From the IMG/VR virus record IMGVR_UViG_3300038558_000079, positions 26,555 to 90,554 of that record: a DNA stretch of 64,000 nucleotides. One strand, given 5' to 3'. The position numbers were made by a program, and so were the translations under genes. Shown here piece by piece: positions 8,528 through 18,287 of this stretch. Source of the stretch: a virus. How positions within the stretch are numbered: position 1 is the stretch's first letter; each line of letters begins with the position of its first letter. Below the pieces are notes generated by a model. It was not told where the DNA came from and searched no databases. It saw nothing but the letters and a program-made list of their open reading frames with translations.

Positions 8528-11500
8528 ATGTCTAACAATAACAACGATTGTCATAGCATCACTTCTCCTAATTTGATGAGCCAAGTTATGAGAACTAGTA
8601 ATCGGAGCTACAGTCGAAAAACTACAGGTTTTGTAGGACTACATGCTCATTCCTACTTTAGTTTGCTCGATGCCTTTCGGAGTCCTACAGAGTTGGTAAA
8701 ATGTGTTGCGGAATTGGGACAACCCGCGATCGCACTTACAGACCACGGGGGGCTTTGGGGAACTGTTGAGTTAATGATAGCTTGCGAGAAGTATGGGATT
8801 ACACCCATAGCAGGAAATGAGATGTACCTTAAAGATGACGCTGCTACTCAACGTCTTAAAGAGTACGTGGGGGATGGCGATTACAAAGTTAAATCTCGAT
8901 ATCACCAATCGGTATTGGCGGTGTCACGAACAGGGTATGAAAATCTTTGTAAGCTCACCAGTGATTCATACCTAAAGACTTCAGAAAAAGTTAAAGGTAA
9001 GGTGTACCCCCTGGTAACCAAGGAAGACTTAGCAAGGCATAAAGAAGGATTAGTACTTACATCGGGGTGTTTAGCTGGTTTAGTATGTCAGGGTGTCTTG
9101 AGTGGTGATTTAGAATTTGCCAAGGATACTGCTAAGTGGTACAAAGACACCTTTGGGGATAACTATTATATAGAACTTCAAGACCACGGGATAGAGGACG
9201 ACCAACGTAAGGTAAACCTACATCTAGTTGCGATCGCTGAAGAATTAGAGATAGGGCTAGTTGTTACCGCAGATAGTCATTATGTGTACCCGTCACAAAA
9301 GGTGTCTCACAAGCATTTCCTCAGAATCAATAAGGGTGAAAAATTCTCTAATGTATACAAAGGAGATTTCTGGCATCCATCCGAATCAGAGATGGATTCA
9401 CGTCTGGTGTATCTCCCCGATTGGGCAAGGGAACAGGCAATGGACAACACTGTCTTAATTGCCCAGAAAGTACAACCGTACACACTAGCAAGTAAACCTG
9501 CTTCACCTAAGTTTACTCTACCTATGGGAACGACACCCGATGAGTATTTAGAGCAACTTTGTCTGAAAGGATTAGAGCGGATTGGAGAGAGTGCTAACCC
9601 CATATACATTGAGCGATTGTACTATGAATTGGGGATACTTAAACTTAAGGGACTAGCAGATTACTTTCTGATAGTCCAGGACTATGTGAACTGGGCAAAG
9701 GCTCAGAAGATACCAGTTGGAGTAGGACGCGGTTCAGGTGGCGGTGCATTGGCGTGTTACGTCCTGAATATTACTACCATTGACCCCATTAAGCACGGGT
9801 TGATATTTGAGAGATTTATTAATCCAGAACGCGAATCATATCCAGATATCGATGTTGACTTCTGTATGGAGCGCCGACATGAAGTAGTAGCCTACCTACA
9901 GGATAAGTATGGGGTCGGTAATGTTGCTAATATTATTACCTTCAATAAGATGGAATCAAGATCAGCTCTTAAGGATGCTGGTTGGGTGTTAGGTGTGGAC
10001 TTCACGGTACAAAACATATTCTCTAAGTCACTACCTGTAATCCGTGGGAAAAATATTAAGCTAAAAAATATCATTGAAGATCCAACATTAGCACCTGAGT
10101 TTATGGCACACTACGAAGCTAATGCAGTGGTACATTGCAATGTTACTTTTCGAGAATGGGTAGATTTAGCAGTTGCCTTAGAAGGTACAGTAAAATCTAC
10201 CGGGATTCATGCCTCTGGACTAATAATAGGAGATGAATCCTTAAGTAGTATTATCCCCTTACAGTGTACCCCTGATGGGACAATAACTTCTCAGTACAAC
10301 ATGAATGAAGTCGAATATATGGGTATCTTAAAAATGGATATTCTAGGGTTAAAAACTTTAACCATTCTCGACAAAGCCATGAAGTATATTGGCGGTGACT
10401 ATTACGACCTAGAGAAGATAGACATTAACGATAGTAATGCTCTAAACCTTCTAGCAACTACATCACCTGTGGGTATCTTTCAATTAGAAGCCGCTGAGAA
10501 AATGATCCATTTAGTCAAGCCGACTACATTCGAGGAGGTCGCTGATGTCACGTCTTTGATACGTCCAGGGTGTTTTGATATGAGTATGCACAATGAATAT
10601 ACAGCAGTCAAATTCGGGCATTCTGAACCTACATATTGTACAGAAAAACTAAGGGGTATCTTAGGTTCTACTCACTCACAGTGTCTCTATCAAGAACAGC
10701 TACTTAGGATATGCACCGAGATTGCAGGATTCTCACTCGGATATGCCGATAATGTACGGCGGGGATGTGGTAAGAAAAAGAAGGAAGTGTTAGAACCTCT
10801 TAAGGAGTCCTTTGTTAAAGGGTGCTTAGGTAATGGGGAGTCTCAGGAAGTCGCTGATGAACTATGGGAAATCATCTTAGCAAGTGCTGGTTACTCATTT
10901 AATGCCAGTCACAGCAAGGCATATACAATAATCTCCATGTATACTGCATGGGTGCGTTACTACTACCCGGCACAATTCTTTGCAGCGCTACTTTCAGGGC
11001 AGAAAGACGTTGAGAAATTTGCTGAATATAGTACGGCTTTAAAACTCCACAATTTGAAATTGATACCGCCCGATATCAACACTAGCGATAGTGACTTTTT
11101 ACCCATTAATGATGGTGTGTTGTTTGGGTTGGCTTATATCAATGGGTTAGGAGAAAAGACATTAGGGGATGTCTTCTCAGAACGCGCTAAAGGTAAATTC
11201 TTATCTCCGATTGACTTCTTTAGCAGGGTAAAAGTGTCCCAAGCAACAGCACAAAAGTTAATTAAGGCTGGAGCCTTTGATAGCTTGGAATCTAATCGAG
11301 GCAAACTTTTGGAGAATTTACCAGATATCTTTAATTGGCTATCAACACATCGCAAGTTTGCACAAAAGGAACAGACTACTCTGGCTATACCAGGAATAGA
11401 TTGGGGGAACTACCTGGTAGTACCTACACTTAAAGATTCCCCACAATTATCTCTTAGACAACGGCTTGAGAATGAGAAGGACTTACTAGGAATAGCTCTA

Positions 11501-11812
11501 ACAGGGCATATCCTGGATGAGTATAAGTTAGACGCTGTGGTTTTGAAGAATTTAGAAGTGGGGCAAGTATTAGAGGGTGTAATTGTAATTTCTGAAATGA
11601 GAAGTTATACCCAGAAAAATGGCGGTATTATGGGGTTTGTGACCTTAGAGGATATCTTGGGTAATAAGCTAAAGTGTACCGTATTCAGTAGTGCATGGTC
11701 TATCTCAAAAAGTTATATCCAAGTAAATACCCCATTGTATGTCAATGTGAAAATTGGTACATACAATGGGGAAATTAATGGGATTGTTAACCGAATTAAG
11801 AGACTAAATTAA
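8528..11812 (+). CDS. dnaE: DNA polymerase III alpha subunit, unsplit and intein-free
   Basis: PHP (HAHSYFSLLD, ALTDHG), GRGSG, PDIDVDF, KMDILGL, GYSFNASHS, C-terminal OB fold. Confidence 0.95.
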   Translation: MSNNNNDCHSITSPNLMSQVMRTSNRSYSRKTTGFVGLHAHSYFSLLDAFRSPTELVKCVAELGQPAIALTDHGGLWGTVELMIACEKYGITPIAGNEMYLKDDAATQRLKEYVGDGDYKVKSRYHQSVLAVSRTGYENLCKLTSDSYLKTSEKVKGKVYPLVTKEDLARHKEGLVLTSGCLAGLVCQGVLSGDLEFAKDTAKWYKDTFGDNYYIELQDHGIEDDQRKVNLHLVAIAEELEIGLVVTADSHYVYPSQKVSHKHFLRINKGEKFSNVYKGDFWHPSESEMDSRLVYLPDWAREQAMDNTVLIAQKVQPYTLASKPASPKFTLPMGTTPDEYLEQLCLKGLERIGESANPIYIERLYYELGILKLKGLADYFLIVQDYVNWAKAQKIPVGVGRGSGGGALACYVLNITTIDPIKHGLIFERFINPERESYPDIDVDFCMERRHEVVAYLQDKYGVGNVANIITFNKMESRSALKDAGWVLGVDFTVQNIFSKSLPVIRGKNIKLKNIIEDPTLAPEFMAHYEANAVVHCNVTFREWVDLAVALEGTVKSTGIHASGLIIGDESLSSIIPLQCTPDGTITSQYNMNEVEYMGILKMDILGLKTLTILDKAMKYIGGDYYDLEKIDINDSNALNLLATTSPVGIFQLEAAEKMIHLVKPTTFEEVADVTSLIRPGCFDMSMHNEYTAVKFGHSEPTYCTEKLRGILGSTHSQCLYQEQLLRICTEIAGFSLGYADNVRRGCGKKKKEVLEPLKESFVKGCLGNGESQEVADELWEIILASAGYSFNASHSKAYTIISMYTAWVRYYYPAQFFAALLSGQKDVEKFAEYSTALKLHNLKLIPPDINTSDSDFLPINDGVLFGLAYINGLGEKTLGDVFSERAKGKFLSPIDFFSRVKVSQATAQKLIKAGAFDSLESNRGKLLENLPDIFNWLSTHRKFAQKEQTTLAIPGIDWGNYLVVPTLKDSPQLSLRQRLENEKDLLGIALTGHILDEYKLDAVVLKNLEVGQVLEGVIVISEMRSYTQKNGGIMGFVTLEDILGNKLKCTVFSSAWSISKSYIQVNTPLYVNVKIGTYNGEINGIVNRIKRLN

Positions 11813-14800
11813 GCACTTATCAGTTTCACAAGCAACTAGTACATTAGGTAAATCAACGGTGTCATACTTCAGGAGCGCATCTTCAAAATTCTTAATAGAA
11901 CGCCGCCGTCTCACACCATCTACGAGAGTGTTGTAAACCTCTTCAGAGATAGGTTCAAATGGCATCCTAGGGAAAGTTTGTTTACTCTCAAACCGCGCTA
12001 GTAGCGCTGCTGAGATATATCCTTCGTCATCTTGAATTGCTTGATAGATGGCATTTCCCAAAGGCTCTATCTCAGCTTCTGTGAATTCCAGAGTGCTACT
12101 CGTATTGTGCCCCACATAATGTTTCTGGACTTGCATCATGAAGTCGAATTGTGCCAATGCTGAAAAATTCCCTACATCTATATCTGCAACACCCACTAAA
12201 GTAGACCATGGTGCAGCTACAGGAATCTCTACCAACCATTCAGTACATCTGGGGTCATAAGGATCATCCAGTAGGTTCCCAGATTCATCACGGCTAGATT
12301 GTGAGGGGATGACAGTATACCCGTAATCGATACAAGCCAGAGCGACCGGATTGTCTCTGGCAAAGGTAATCCGACGTATGTACCAGGTTCCCTTTGGAGG
12401 ATGCCACCCTGGTGAGCTATTTGATAGTAGCGATTGTGTTCCGCTAGGTTTTACGGTAGTACACCGATTAGGAGTTTTGAGATTATGACGTTTGCAGTAA
12501 TCTGCCACGTCATTCTCTACAAACTTTTTCCATTTCTTGAGACACCGTACCTCTACATCATGAAAGGTGTCACTCAAATATACACCCGTCTCAGTTTCAC
12601 CCCATTTACTAGCACGTCCTGCTTCCCACCAGCGAAGCCAATCAACACCGAAAAGTTTCACAAAGAAATCAAAAACCCCAGTCATTCCCACCCCTACAAT
12701 GGGGTCAAGTTCTCTGGATTCTCTCAACTTCTCATCAACAAATTCGTGGTGTAGTAATGAACATGCCCATAAGCTTGCTGCTTTAAAAGCACTTTTTTGT
12801 TCCTCAATATCAAAGGGGTCTATCTGCGACAGGTGGACTTCTGACAAGTTGCACAAGTTGTCTTGTAGGATTATCTCACCACATGGATTCAGGCCATAGA
12901 TATTCATCCGATAATCAATATCATCATCGCTAGAAGCAAAACTTCTCAGATACTCTTTAGCATCAGTAGGATTGGAGTTATAAAGTCTCAAGAATTCTAC
13001 CTTCTTTTCACTAGTATCCAGTAAATCTACATTGCTACGTGCGATCGCCTCTGGAGCATACTGTATTGCACCTTCGCCTGAATAATATTGGCTTCTCACA
13101 GCTTCAATACACTCAGCTTGTGTAGGTTTCTTATGAAATACCCTAGTGTGATTTGCCATTCTCAGGGCATCTTTATCGGGGTCAATTGTCCAATTGCCAT
13201 CTGAATCTACTTTCCAAAGATTTTCCTTAATCTTGTAGGAATCGGGGTCATTATCTGAAAATTGGCGCATTCCGGCACTATTAGATACCAACAATCCTTC
13301 ACACACAAATTCGTGTATGCTGGCAACTTCAATATCGAAAGTATGCGCTGTTCTTACTTCGTGTTCTATGGATTTAACCTTAACAGGCACTAAATCGGTT
13401 GTAGTTGGAACTAGTCTTTTTAATGTTGTGACAATGACCTGTTCTTGATGACCACCATACCTGTAGCGATAACTACTTACCGTGGGTTTTACCATCTCAA
13501 CCGGGAACCCGTGGTCTTTAAAAGACTTAGGGGTTTCTTTTTTATGGCTTAAATAATGTAAGGAATGCGTTGTTAAGAATGCAGAAGTTGCTTCAAAGGC
13601 ATTTTGCCCAACAGTTACCAATTCCCCTTCCCATTTGTTAGTGCGTTTCCTTAATGAGGAACACAAACGTGTAGTAATTGCTAGGGATGAATAAAGAGCT
13701 TGTACCTGTCTGAGAAAATCTTTATGTGTTGATGTTACTAAAACACCTTGCGAGTGACACCCATCGGCATCGGCTAACCCAGCTAAATATGCTTCGCGAA
13801 TTTCCTTAACTCCCATCAAAATACAATCGGGTATTGACATTGAAGTAAAAGGACGCTTGAAGTTGCTAAAATACTCGTTAAAGGATTTACTGTTGAACTG
13901 TAGCTCAAACGCTTTACTTTTGCGTTGTTCGGGTGTTGCAAGAGAGTAGTCATTAATCCCAAATTCACATGCCACGCTGATTAGTTGCTCAAGAATTTGT
14001 GGGTGTTGTTCAGGAATACTAAATCTGACATTTGTACCATCCGAGCCAACACATCCATTCCCATGTAAGTAGCCTAAGAAATACGCTACTTTGTTAGTTA
14101 ACGCTGGTATGGTGACGGTTTTTTTGTTTCTGGTTGATTGATTTTTGAATTCTGGTAATTCAGTGGGGATACCCGGTATAGACTGAGGGACAAAAACCAA
14201 ACGATCTCCTGGTTTTAAATCTTTAGCTTTTACCATTTTATACCCACCATAAAAATCACTTAATACTGCGATTTTATGTTCTGAAGTACATTCCAAAAAC
14301 CCGTCTTCTGTTTTAATTCGAGACAACGTTTGCACACCTTGATCGAAAAAGTTAGTAACTGGGTAAAAACCCTTACTCGTTAATACGCGGTCTCCAATTC
14401 GGATTTTTTGGATTGGTACTAATCCTAATTGTGTATGAACCAATGACTCACCAGGTAAACAGCGACGCACGTTACCCGATACTATTACTAATGATGGCTC
14501 ATCAATTAACAGACAACACTCAGCACTGTTCAGCTTACGTCCTACAGCACCATTGAGAATTTTTACAATACGCGGGTATAGCTGAGGTAGTAATGTCGGA
14601 TTAGCAATTCCACCGAACCCCTTTAACTTTTCACCTTGTTGTCGTATCCCGCTAATGTCTATCTCTACCTCTATATCACCATCACCAGCTAGCAGGTTAT
14701 CAGTTGCTAATTGGAGAAGGCTTAGATAGCTATCACACCAACCTTCACGAGAATCACCAACTAGAAATAGGTACTTCCTGTCACCTACTACTTTTACAAA

Positions 14801-15253
14801 AGTCCTTTCAGTTCTAGCTTTAGAACTGCCAAACTCCCCTGTGACTTTCACATTAATAGTGTTGAGAACCGGCGGTAACTTCTCTATATATCGAGGTTCA
14901 ATAACAGCGCCAGTACCACACCCTTGCATGGTAAGATTCATCATTAACTCGAAAGCTTTTAGGGTATCTAGGTTAGATGATGAGCAATTATAAGCGCCAT
15001 AGAAGTTTTTTGGAACCTTTACCCAGTCAGTTCCTCCTACCCAGAGCCAACGACCCGATGGTAAACTCTTAAGAGCTAGTGCGTTACTGTAAAGGAGGTG
15101 CTTTTCGTCATCAGTTAACTTGCCTAATTCGGCAATTCCGTGAGTGATTCTCTCACAGGTATCTTGCCAATTTTCGCGGGTGTTATCTGGTTTAAGTCTT
15201 GAATAGGTACGCGAGAAGACCGGAGCCGCGCATGGTGCATTATTGGGAAACAT
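11804..15253 (-). CDS. nrdJ: class II (adenosylcobalamin-dependent) ribonucleotide reductase with intein
   Basis: PSGRWLW, AYNCS, GLNPCGEI, TTVKPSGT, C-terminal CETDKC; cyanobacterial RTPR type. Confidence 0.92.
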   Translation of the reverse strand: MFPNNAPCAAPVFSRTYSRLKPDNTRENWQDTCERITHGIAELGKLTDDEKHLLYSNALALKSLPSGRWLWVGGTDWVKVPKNFYGAYNCSSSNLDTLKAFELMMNLTMQGCGTGAVIEPRYIEKLPPVLNTINVKVTGEFGSSKARTERTFVKVVGDRKYLFLVGDSREGWCDSYLSLLQLATDNLLAGDGDIEVEIDISGIRQQGEKLKGFGGIANPTLLPQLYPRIVKILNGAVGRKLNSAECCLLIDEPSLVIVSGNVRRCLPGESLVHTQLGLVPIQKIRIGDRVLTSKGFYPVTNFFDQGVQTLSRIKTEDGFLECTSEHKIAVLSDFYGGYKMVKAKDLKPGDRLVFVPQSIPGIPTELPEFKNQSTRNKKTVTIPALTNKVAYFLGYLHGNGCVGSDGTNVRFSIPEQHPQILEQLISVACEFGINDYSLATPEQRKSKAFELQFNSKSFNEYFSNFKRPFTSMSIPDCILMGVKEIREAYLAGLADADGCHSQGVLVTSTHKDFLRQVQALYSSLAITTRLCSSLRKRTNKWEGELVTVGQNAFEATSAFLTTHSLHYLSHKKETPKSFKDHGFPVEMVKPTVSSYRYRYGGHQEQVIVTTLKRLVPTTTDLVPVKVKSIEHEVRTAHTFDIEVASIHEFVCEGLLVSNSAGMRQFSDNDPDSYKIKENLWKVDSDGNWTIDPDKDALRMANHTRVFHKKPTQAECIEAVRSQYYSGEGAIQYAPEAIARSNVDLLDTSEKKVEFLRLYNSNPTDAKEYLRSFASSDDDIDYRMNIYGLNPCGEIILQDNLCNLSEVHLSQIDPFDIEEQKSAFKAASLWACSLLHHEFVDEKLRESRELDPIVGVGMTGVFDFFVKLFGVDWLRWWEAGRASKWGETETGVYLSDTFHDVEVRCLKKWKKFVENDVADYCKRHNLKTPNRCTTVKPSGTQSLLSNSSPGWHPPKGTWYIRRITFARDNPVALACIDYGYTVIPSQSSRDESGNLLDDPYDPRCTEWLVEIPVAAPWSTLVGVADIDVGNFSALAQFDFMMQVQKHYVGHNTSSTLEFTEAEIEPLGNAIYQAIQDDEGYISAALLARFESKQTFPRMPFEPISEEVYNTLVDGVRRRRSIKNFEDALLKYDTVDLPNVLVACETDKCLI
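13280..14461 (-). mobile_element. intein with LAGLIDADG homing endonuclease in NrdJ (394 aa)
   Basis: Begins C-LPGESLVHT after GNVRR and ends GLLVSN before S-AGMRQF; internal YFLGYLHGNG and AYLAGLADADG. Confidence 0.9.
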
Positions 15254-15809
15254 GATCGAAGTTCTCTAAGATAATAGGTGACCATCTGACAGTTAGGAGT
15301 GTGGGAATTTCTCCTTTAATCCACTTCTCATCAAAATTCTTGAAAAACACATTAACTTTATATGTGCGATAACCAGTAGCTCCTTTCTTATTAGGGTTAC
15401 TTTCTGCTAAATGGGGAAGTAATCTGAAGGGAGAAAGTGGCATTCTGGGATTCAAAAGCCAATGTGGAGTCACGCCGTTTTTGGTCAACAACGTCGCTAG
15501 AAACACCCAGAACATTCTTCCCATAGAAGGTAGGGTGATATGTGTACCGCGTTGATATTGGGTGTAAAATGCAATGTCATCGGGACTGACATTACTTAAT
15601 ACATCTGAAGATTTTAGGGGTCTATCAAATAGTCCTTTAAAATCTAGATATGTACGCTTCAAAGGTGCTGATAACACTTGATACACATAACACTTTCCAG
15701 GGGATTCTATGAAAGTCCCAATTGGTAATACATCATCTTCCTGAGCCTCTCCTGGGGATAAATGGCACGGATTTATTGGACATGGTGCGATTGGACATGT
15801 TGCAATCAT
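15240..15809 (-). CDS. hypothetical protein
   Basis: 189-aa ORF overlapping the nrdJ start. Confidence 0.6.
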   Translation of the reverse strand: MIATCPIAPCPINPCHLSPGEAQEDDVLPIGTFIESPGKCYVYQVLSAPLKRTYLDFKGLFDRPLKSSDVLSNVSPDDIAFYTQYQRGTHITLPSMGRMFWVFLATLLTKNGVTPHWLLNPRMPLSPFRLLPHLAESNPNKKGATGYRTYKVNVFFKNFDEKWIKGEIPTLLTVRWSPIILENFDHVSQ

Positions 15810-15873
15810 TTGTTTCTGAATAATCCTGTGTTATTATTATATAATAGAATGGACTAGAATTGGTAAAAGAAAA

Positions 15874-16308
15874 ATGACAAAACAACAAAGATTGACAGGT
15901 ATTTGCACGTATGCAGATGGGATCCCTTTCAATGGTGTTCTGAGAGTACACCGGAATGACGGAAATGCTCTTGAGATTGTTATGCGGGACATTCAAATCG
16001 TCAACGGTGTCATCCCCGACTACGTGAAATTAAATCCGGGTATCTATGAGATACAATGGCTAGCAACTAACCCTAGTGGATTTTTACCTACCGAGAATTG
16101 GGTAGTGCCAGAAGCTGATGAATTACCTCTCAAAGATATGAGAGGTACACACTTACTGGAGAATGTTATCACCCGGAAAGACGCTATAATTACAGCGTTG
16201 CAGGTTGAAGTTGAGAGGTTAAGAAATGTACTGAAGTCTAAACCCGTGACTCCCCCTACGCCAGAAGACGTAATTCAGACACAAATAAAAGCTATTACAG
16301 GAGAGTAA
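15874..16308 (+). CDS. hypothetical protein (probable virion/baseplate)
   Basis: First gene of a plus-strand cluster of beta-rich proteins. Confidence 0.55.
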   Translation: MTKQQRLTGICTYADGIPFNGVLRVHRNDGNALEIVMRDIQIVNGVIPDYVKLNPGIYEIQWLATNPSGFLPTENWVVPEADELPLKDMRGTHLLENVITRKDAIITALQVEVERLRNVLKSKPVTPPTPEDVIQTQIKAITGE

Positions 16309-17142
16309 TTGATGGTAACTACAAAGACGATTACAGTTGAACAAGGTGCTGATTTTAGCACTAAGCTTAACTGGCTTCTTAGGAAAATTCCTATAAGCGG
16401 TATTACAAGTGGTAGCCCTACTGTGATAAGTACGGGTATACCTCATAGACTATCTAATGGCGACAAGATCATACTTAGGGAAACGACTACATACCCTGGT
16501 ATTAACAATAACTATCAGGTCACCGTAATATCTCCAAATACTTTCTCTATTACTCAAAGTACGTCTGAAGTTAGTATTACCGAAAGCCGTGATTCTTTAG
16601 AGAAGGAAACTAATTGGCCTGAGCCTTATTACGGTTTTATAGGAATACCCAACAATCTTACCGGATACTCATGGAGTGCTAAGGTAAGTAATAATTACAG
16701 CAATAGTGGGGGAATTGAAGGTGTAGTAGGAAGCGTAGCACTAGGTAGTAATCAAGTCCTACTTAATACTACTAGCAATAATCTTGATATTGAAGTAGGT
16801 GATTTAATTACTGTGGTTGGCTCTGGGATAACCAACCAGCCTGTGAAGTCTATTGCTAAAACACCTTATCGTCTTAATGCTGTCTTAGAGTTTTTTGTTA
16901 CAGCTACTAGCACAGTTGCAAATACAAAAGTATCTAGGACTTCAGGAACCATAGCACAATTCCTAATAGAAACGACAGATGACTATGGGGAGATTGTAAT
17001 AAGTTTACCGGCAAGCACTACATCACAAATCCCCATAGAAGGCGATCGTAAATACTTCTGGGATTTATTCGGAACTACAACAGAAGGTAGTAAGATAAAG
17101 CTAATCAAAGGAACCCTGGAGATAAATCCTAGTGTCTTATGA
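16309..17142 (+). CDS. baseplate/tail-fibre attachment-like protein with inserted beta domain
   Basis: N-terminal TITVEQGADF and C-terminal GEIVISL..YFWDL..KLIKGTLEI resemble BppU/LtfC-like proteins; ISGITSGSPTVIS..HRLSNGD is an FCCH-like insert. Confidence 0.55.
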   Translation: MMVTTKTITVEQGADFSTKLNWLLRKIPISGITSGSPTVISTGIPHRLSNGDKIILRETTTYPGINNNYQVTVISPNTFSITQSTSEVSITESRDSLEKETNWPEPYYGFIGIPNNLTGYSWSAKVSNNYSNSGGIEGVVGSVALGSNQVLLNTTSNNLDIEVGDLITVVGSGITNQPVKSIAKTPYRLNAVLEFFVTATSTVANTKVSRTSGTIAQFLIETTDDYGEIVISLPASTTSQIPIEGDRKYFWDLFGTTTEGSKIKLIKGTLEINPSVL

Positions 17143-17332
17143 ATCTGAACAACCGCTAACCCCACCTCTTTTCGTGTTTGAACAAACACCTACACCTTTA
17201 GTGGTTTCAACATTAGATGATACTATCTTTCAAGTATCCTCGGAGATTTCCAGAGATGAAATTATAGTTTCGCAGCATCATGTCAGAGTCGAGACTAATG
17301 TATTTATCCCTTATGTCGCTATATTTCTTTAA
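17132..17332 (+). CDS. hypothetical protein
   Basis: 66-aa ORF coupled to the upstream gene. Confidence 0.45.
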   Translation: MSYESEQPLTPPLFVFEQTPTPLVVSTLDDTIFQVSSEISRDEIIVSQHHVRVETNVFIPYVAIFL

Positions 17333-17343
17333 AGGTTAAAATC

Positions 17344-17847
17344 ATGGCTGAAACTATAAGCTTACAAATCCGCCCCGGTGTTAATGGCTTTTTCCGCAAA
17401 GTTACTGGGAGTGACGAAACAAATGGTACGGTTGGTGCTATTCCAGTTCAATCAATACAAGAACTAAATGACACGAACGCTACATTGAGTGCCATTAACG
17501 GTAAATTACCAACTCAAATCGCGGGTGGACTACCTGTTTCTTTGGTGCATAGTTCAAATGGAACCCTGAGTAGTGCTAATGGCACTGTTGCTGTGAGCAA
17601 TACACTTACTGAGGTATTTACAGCTAGTACACGTACAGAATGGTTTTTGATGAACCTTAGTGAAGATTACACCTTAGAACTATGGTATGGAACAACAGGT
17701 AATGAAATATTAGTAAACGTATTAGATCCCGGTGAAAAATATTATCGTTCGCGAGTTTTAACAGGATTTCATAATATGGATACAGGTCGTATTTGTGTCA
17801 AAGCCTCAAGTACACCTGTATCCTATATTGCGTGGGGAGTTAATTAG
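17344..17847 (+). CDS. tail-fibre-related protein
   Basis: Beta-rich; resembles short phage fibre/spike modules. Confidence 0.45.
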   Translation: MAETISLQIRPGVNGFFRKVTGSDETNGTVGAIPVQSIQELNDTNATLSAINGKLPTQIAGGLPVSLVHSSNGTLSSANGTVAVSNTLTEVFTASTRTEWFLMNLSEDYTLELWYGTTGNEILVNVLDPGEKYYRSRVLTGFHNMDTGRICVKASSTPVSYIAWGVN

Positions 17848-18278
17848 GCTAATTTAGCAACTACTCTAATACCGTAAAAATCATAGCCGGTACTGGCGGC
17901 ATTTTTTGAACTCGTACTTACTGTGAGGGTGTGGAGTTTGTTATTTGTCACGGTGTAATTAAAAGTTTGACTTGCGGTAACGATTGTAGTAGCCGAATAT
18001 GTGTCGAGTGTTGCCACTATGTCCGCGTTTATTCGTATAGTAGCAATTCCAGCATTCGCAGCCGTACATATAAAAAATGTAAAGGTATAAATGCCGGGTG
18101 TGAGATAAAAGGTACAAAAAGCTTCTGTGGTTATAGACGAAGGTAATAGTCGAGCATAACGATTAAAATTAGCATTGCCATTTCTAGTTACTGAAAAACT
18201 ACCTGTTGACTTTGCGGTGAAATCCTCATAGTAGCGTTCAAAAACATTACAAACTGGATAGGTTCTTAAAACTCCCAT
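17844..18278 (-). CDS. putative carbohydrate-binding jelly-roll virion protein
   Basis: GIATIRINADIVATLDTYS..HTLTVSTSSKNAASTGY pattern seen in receptor-binding modules. Confidence 0.5.
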   Translation of the reverse strand: MGVLRTYPVCNVFERYYEDFTAKSTGSFSVTRNGNANFNRYARLLPSSITTEAFCTFYLTPGIYTFTFFICTAANAGIATIRINADIVATLDTYSATTIVTASQTFNYTVTNNKLHTLTVSTSSKNAASTGYDFYGIRVVAKLA

Positions 18279-18287
18279 TACGTCTCC

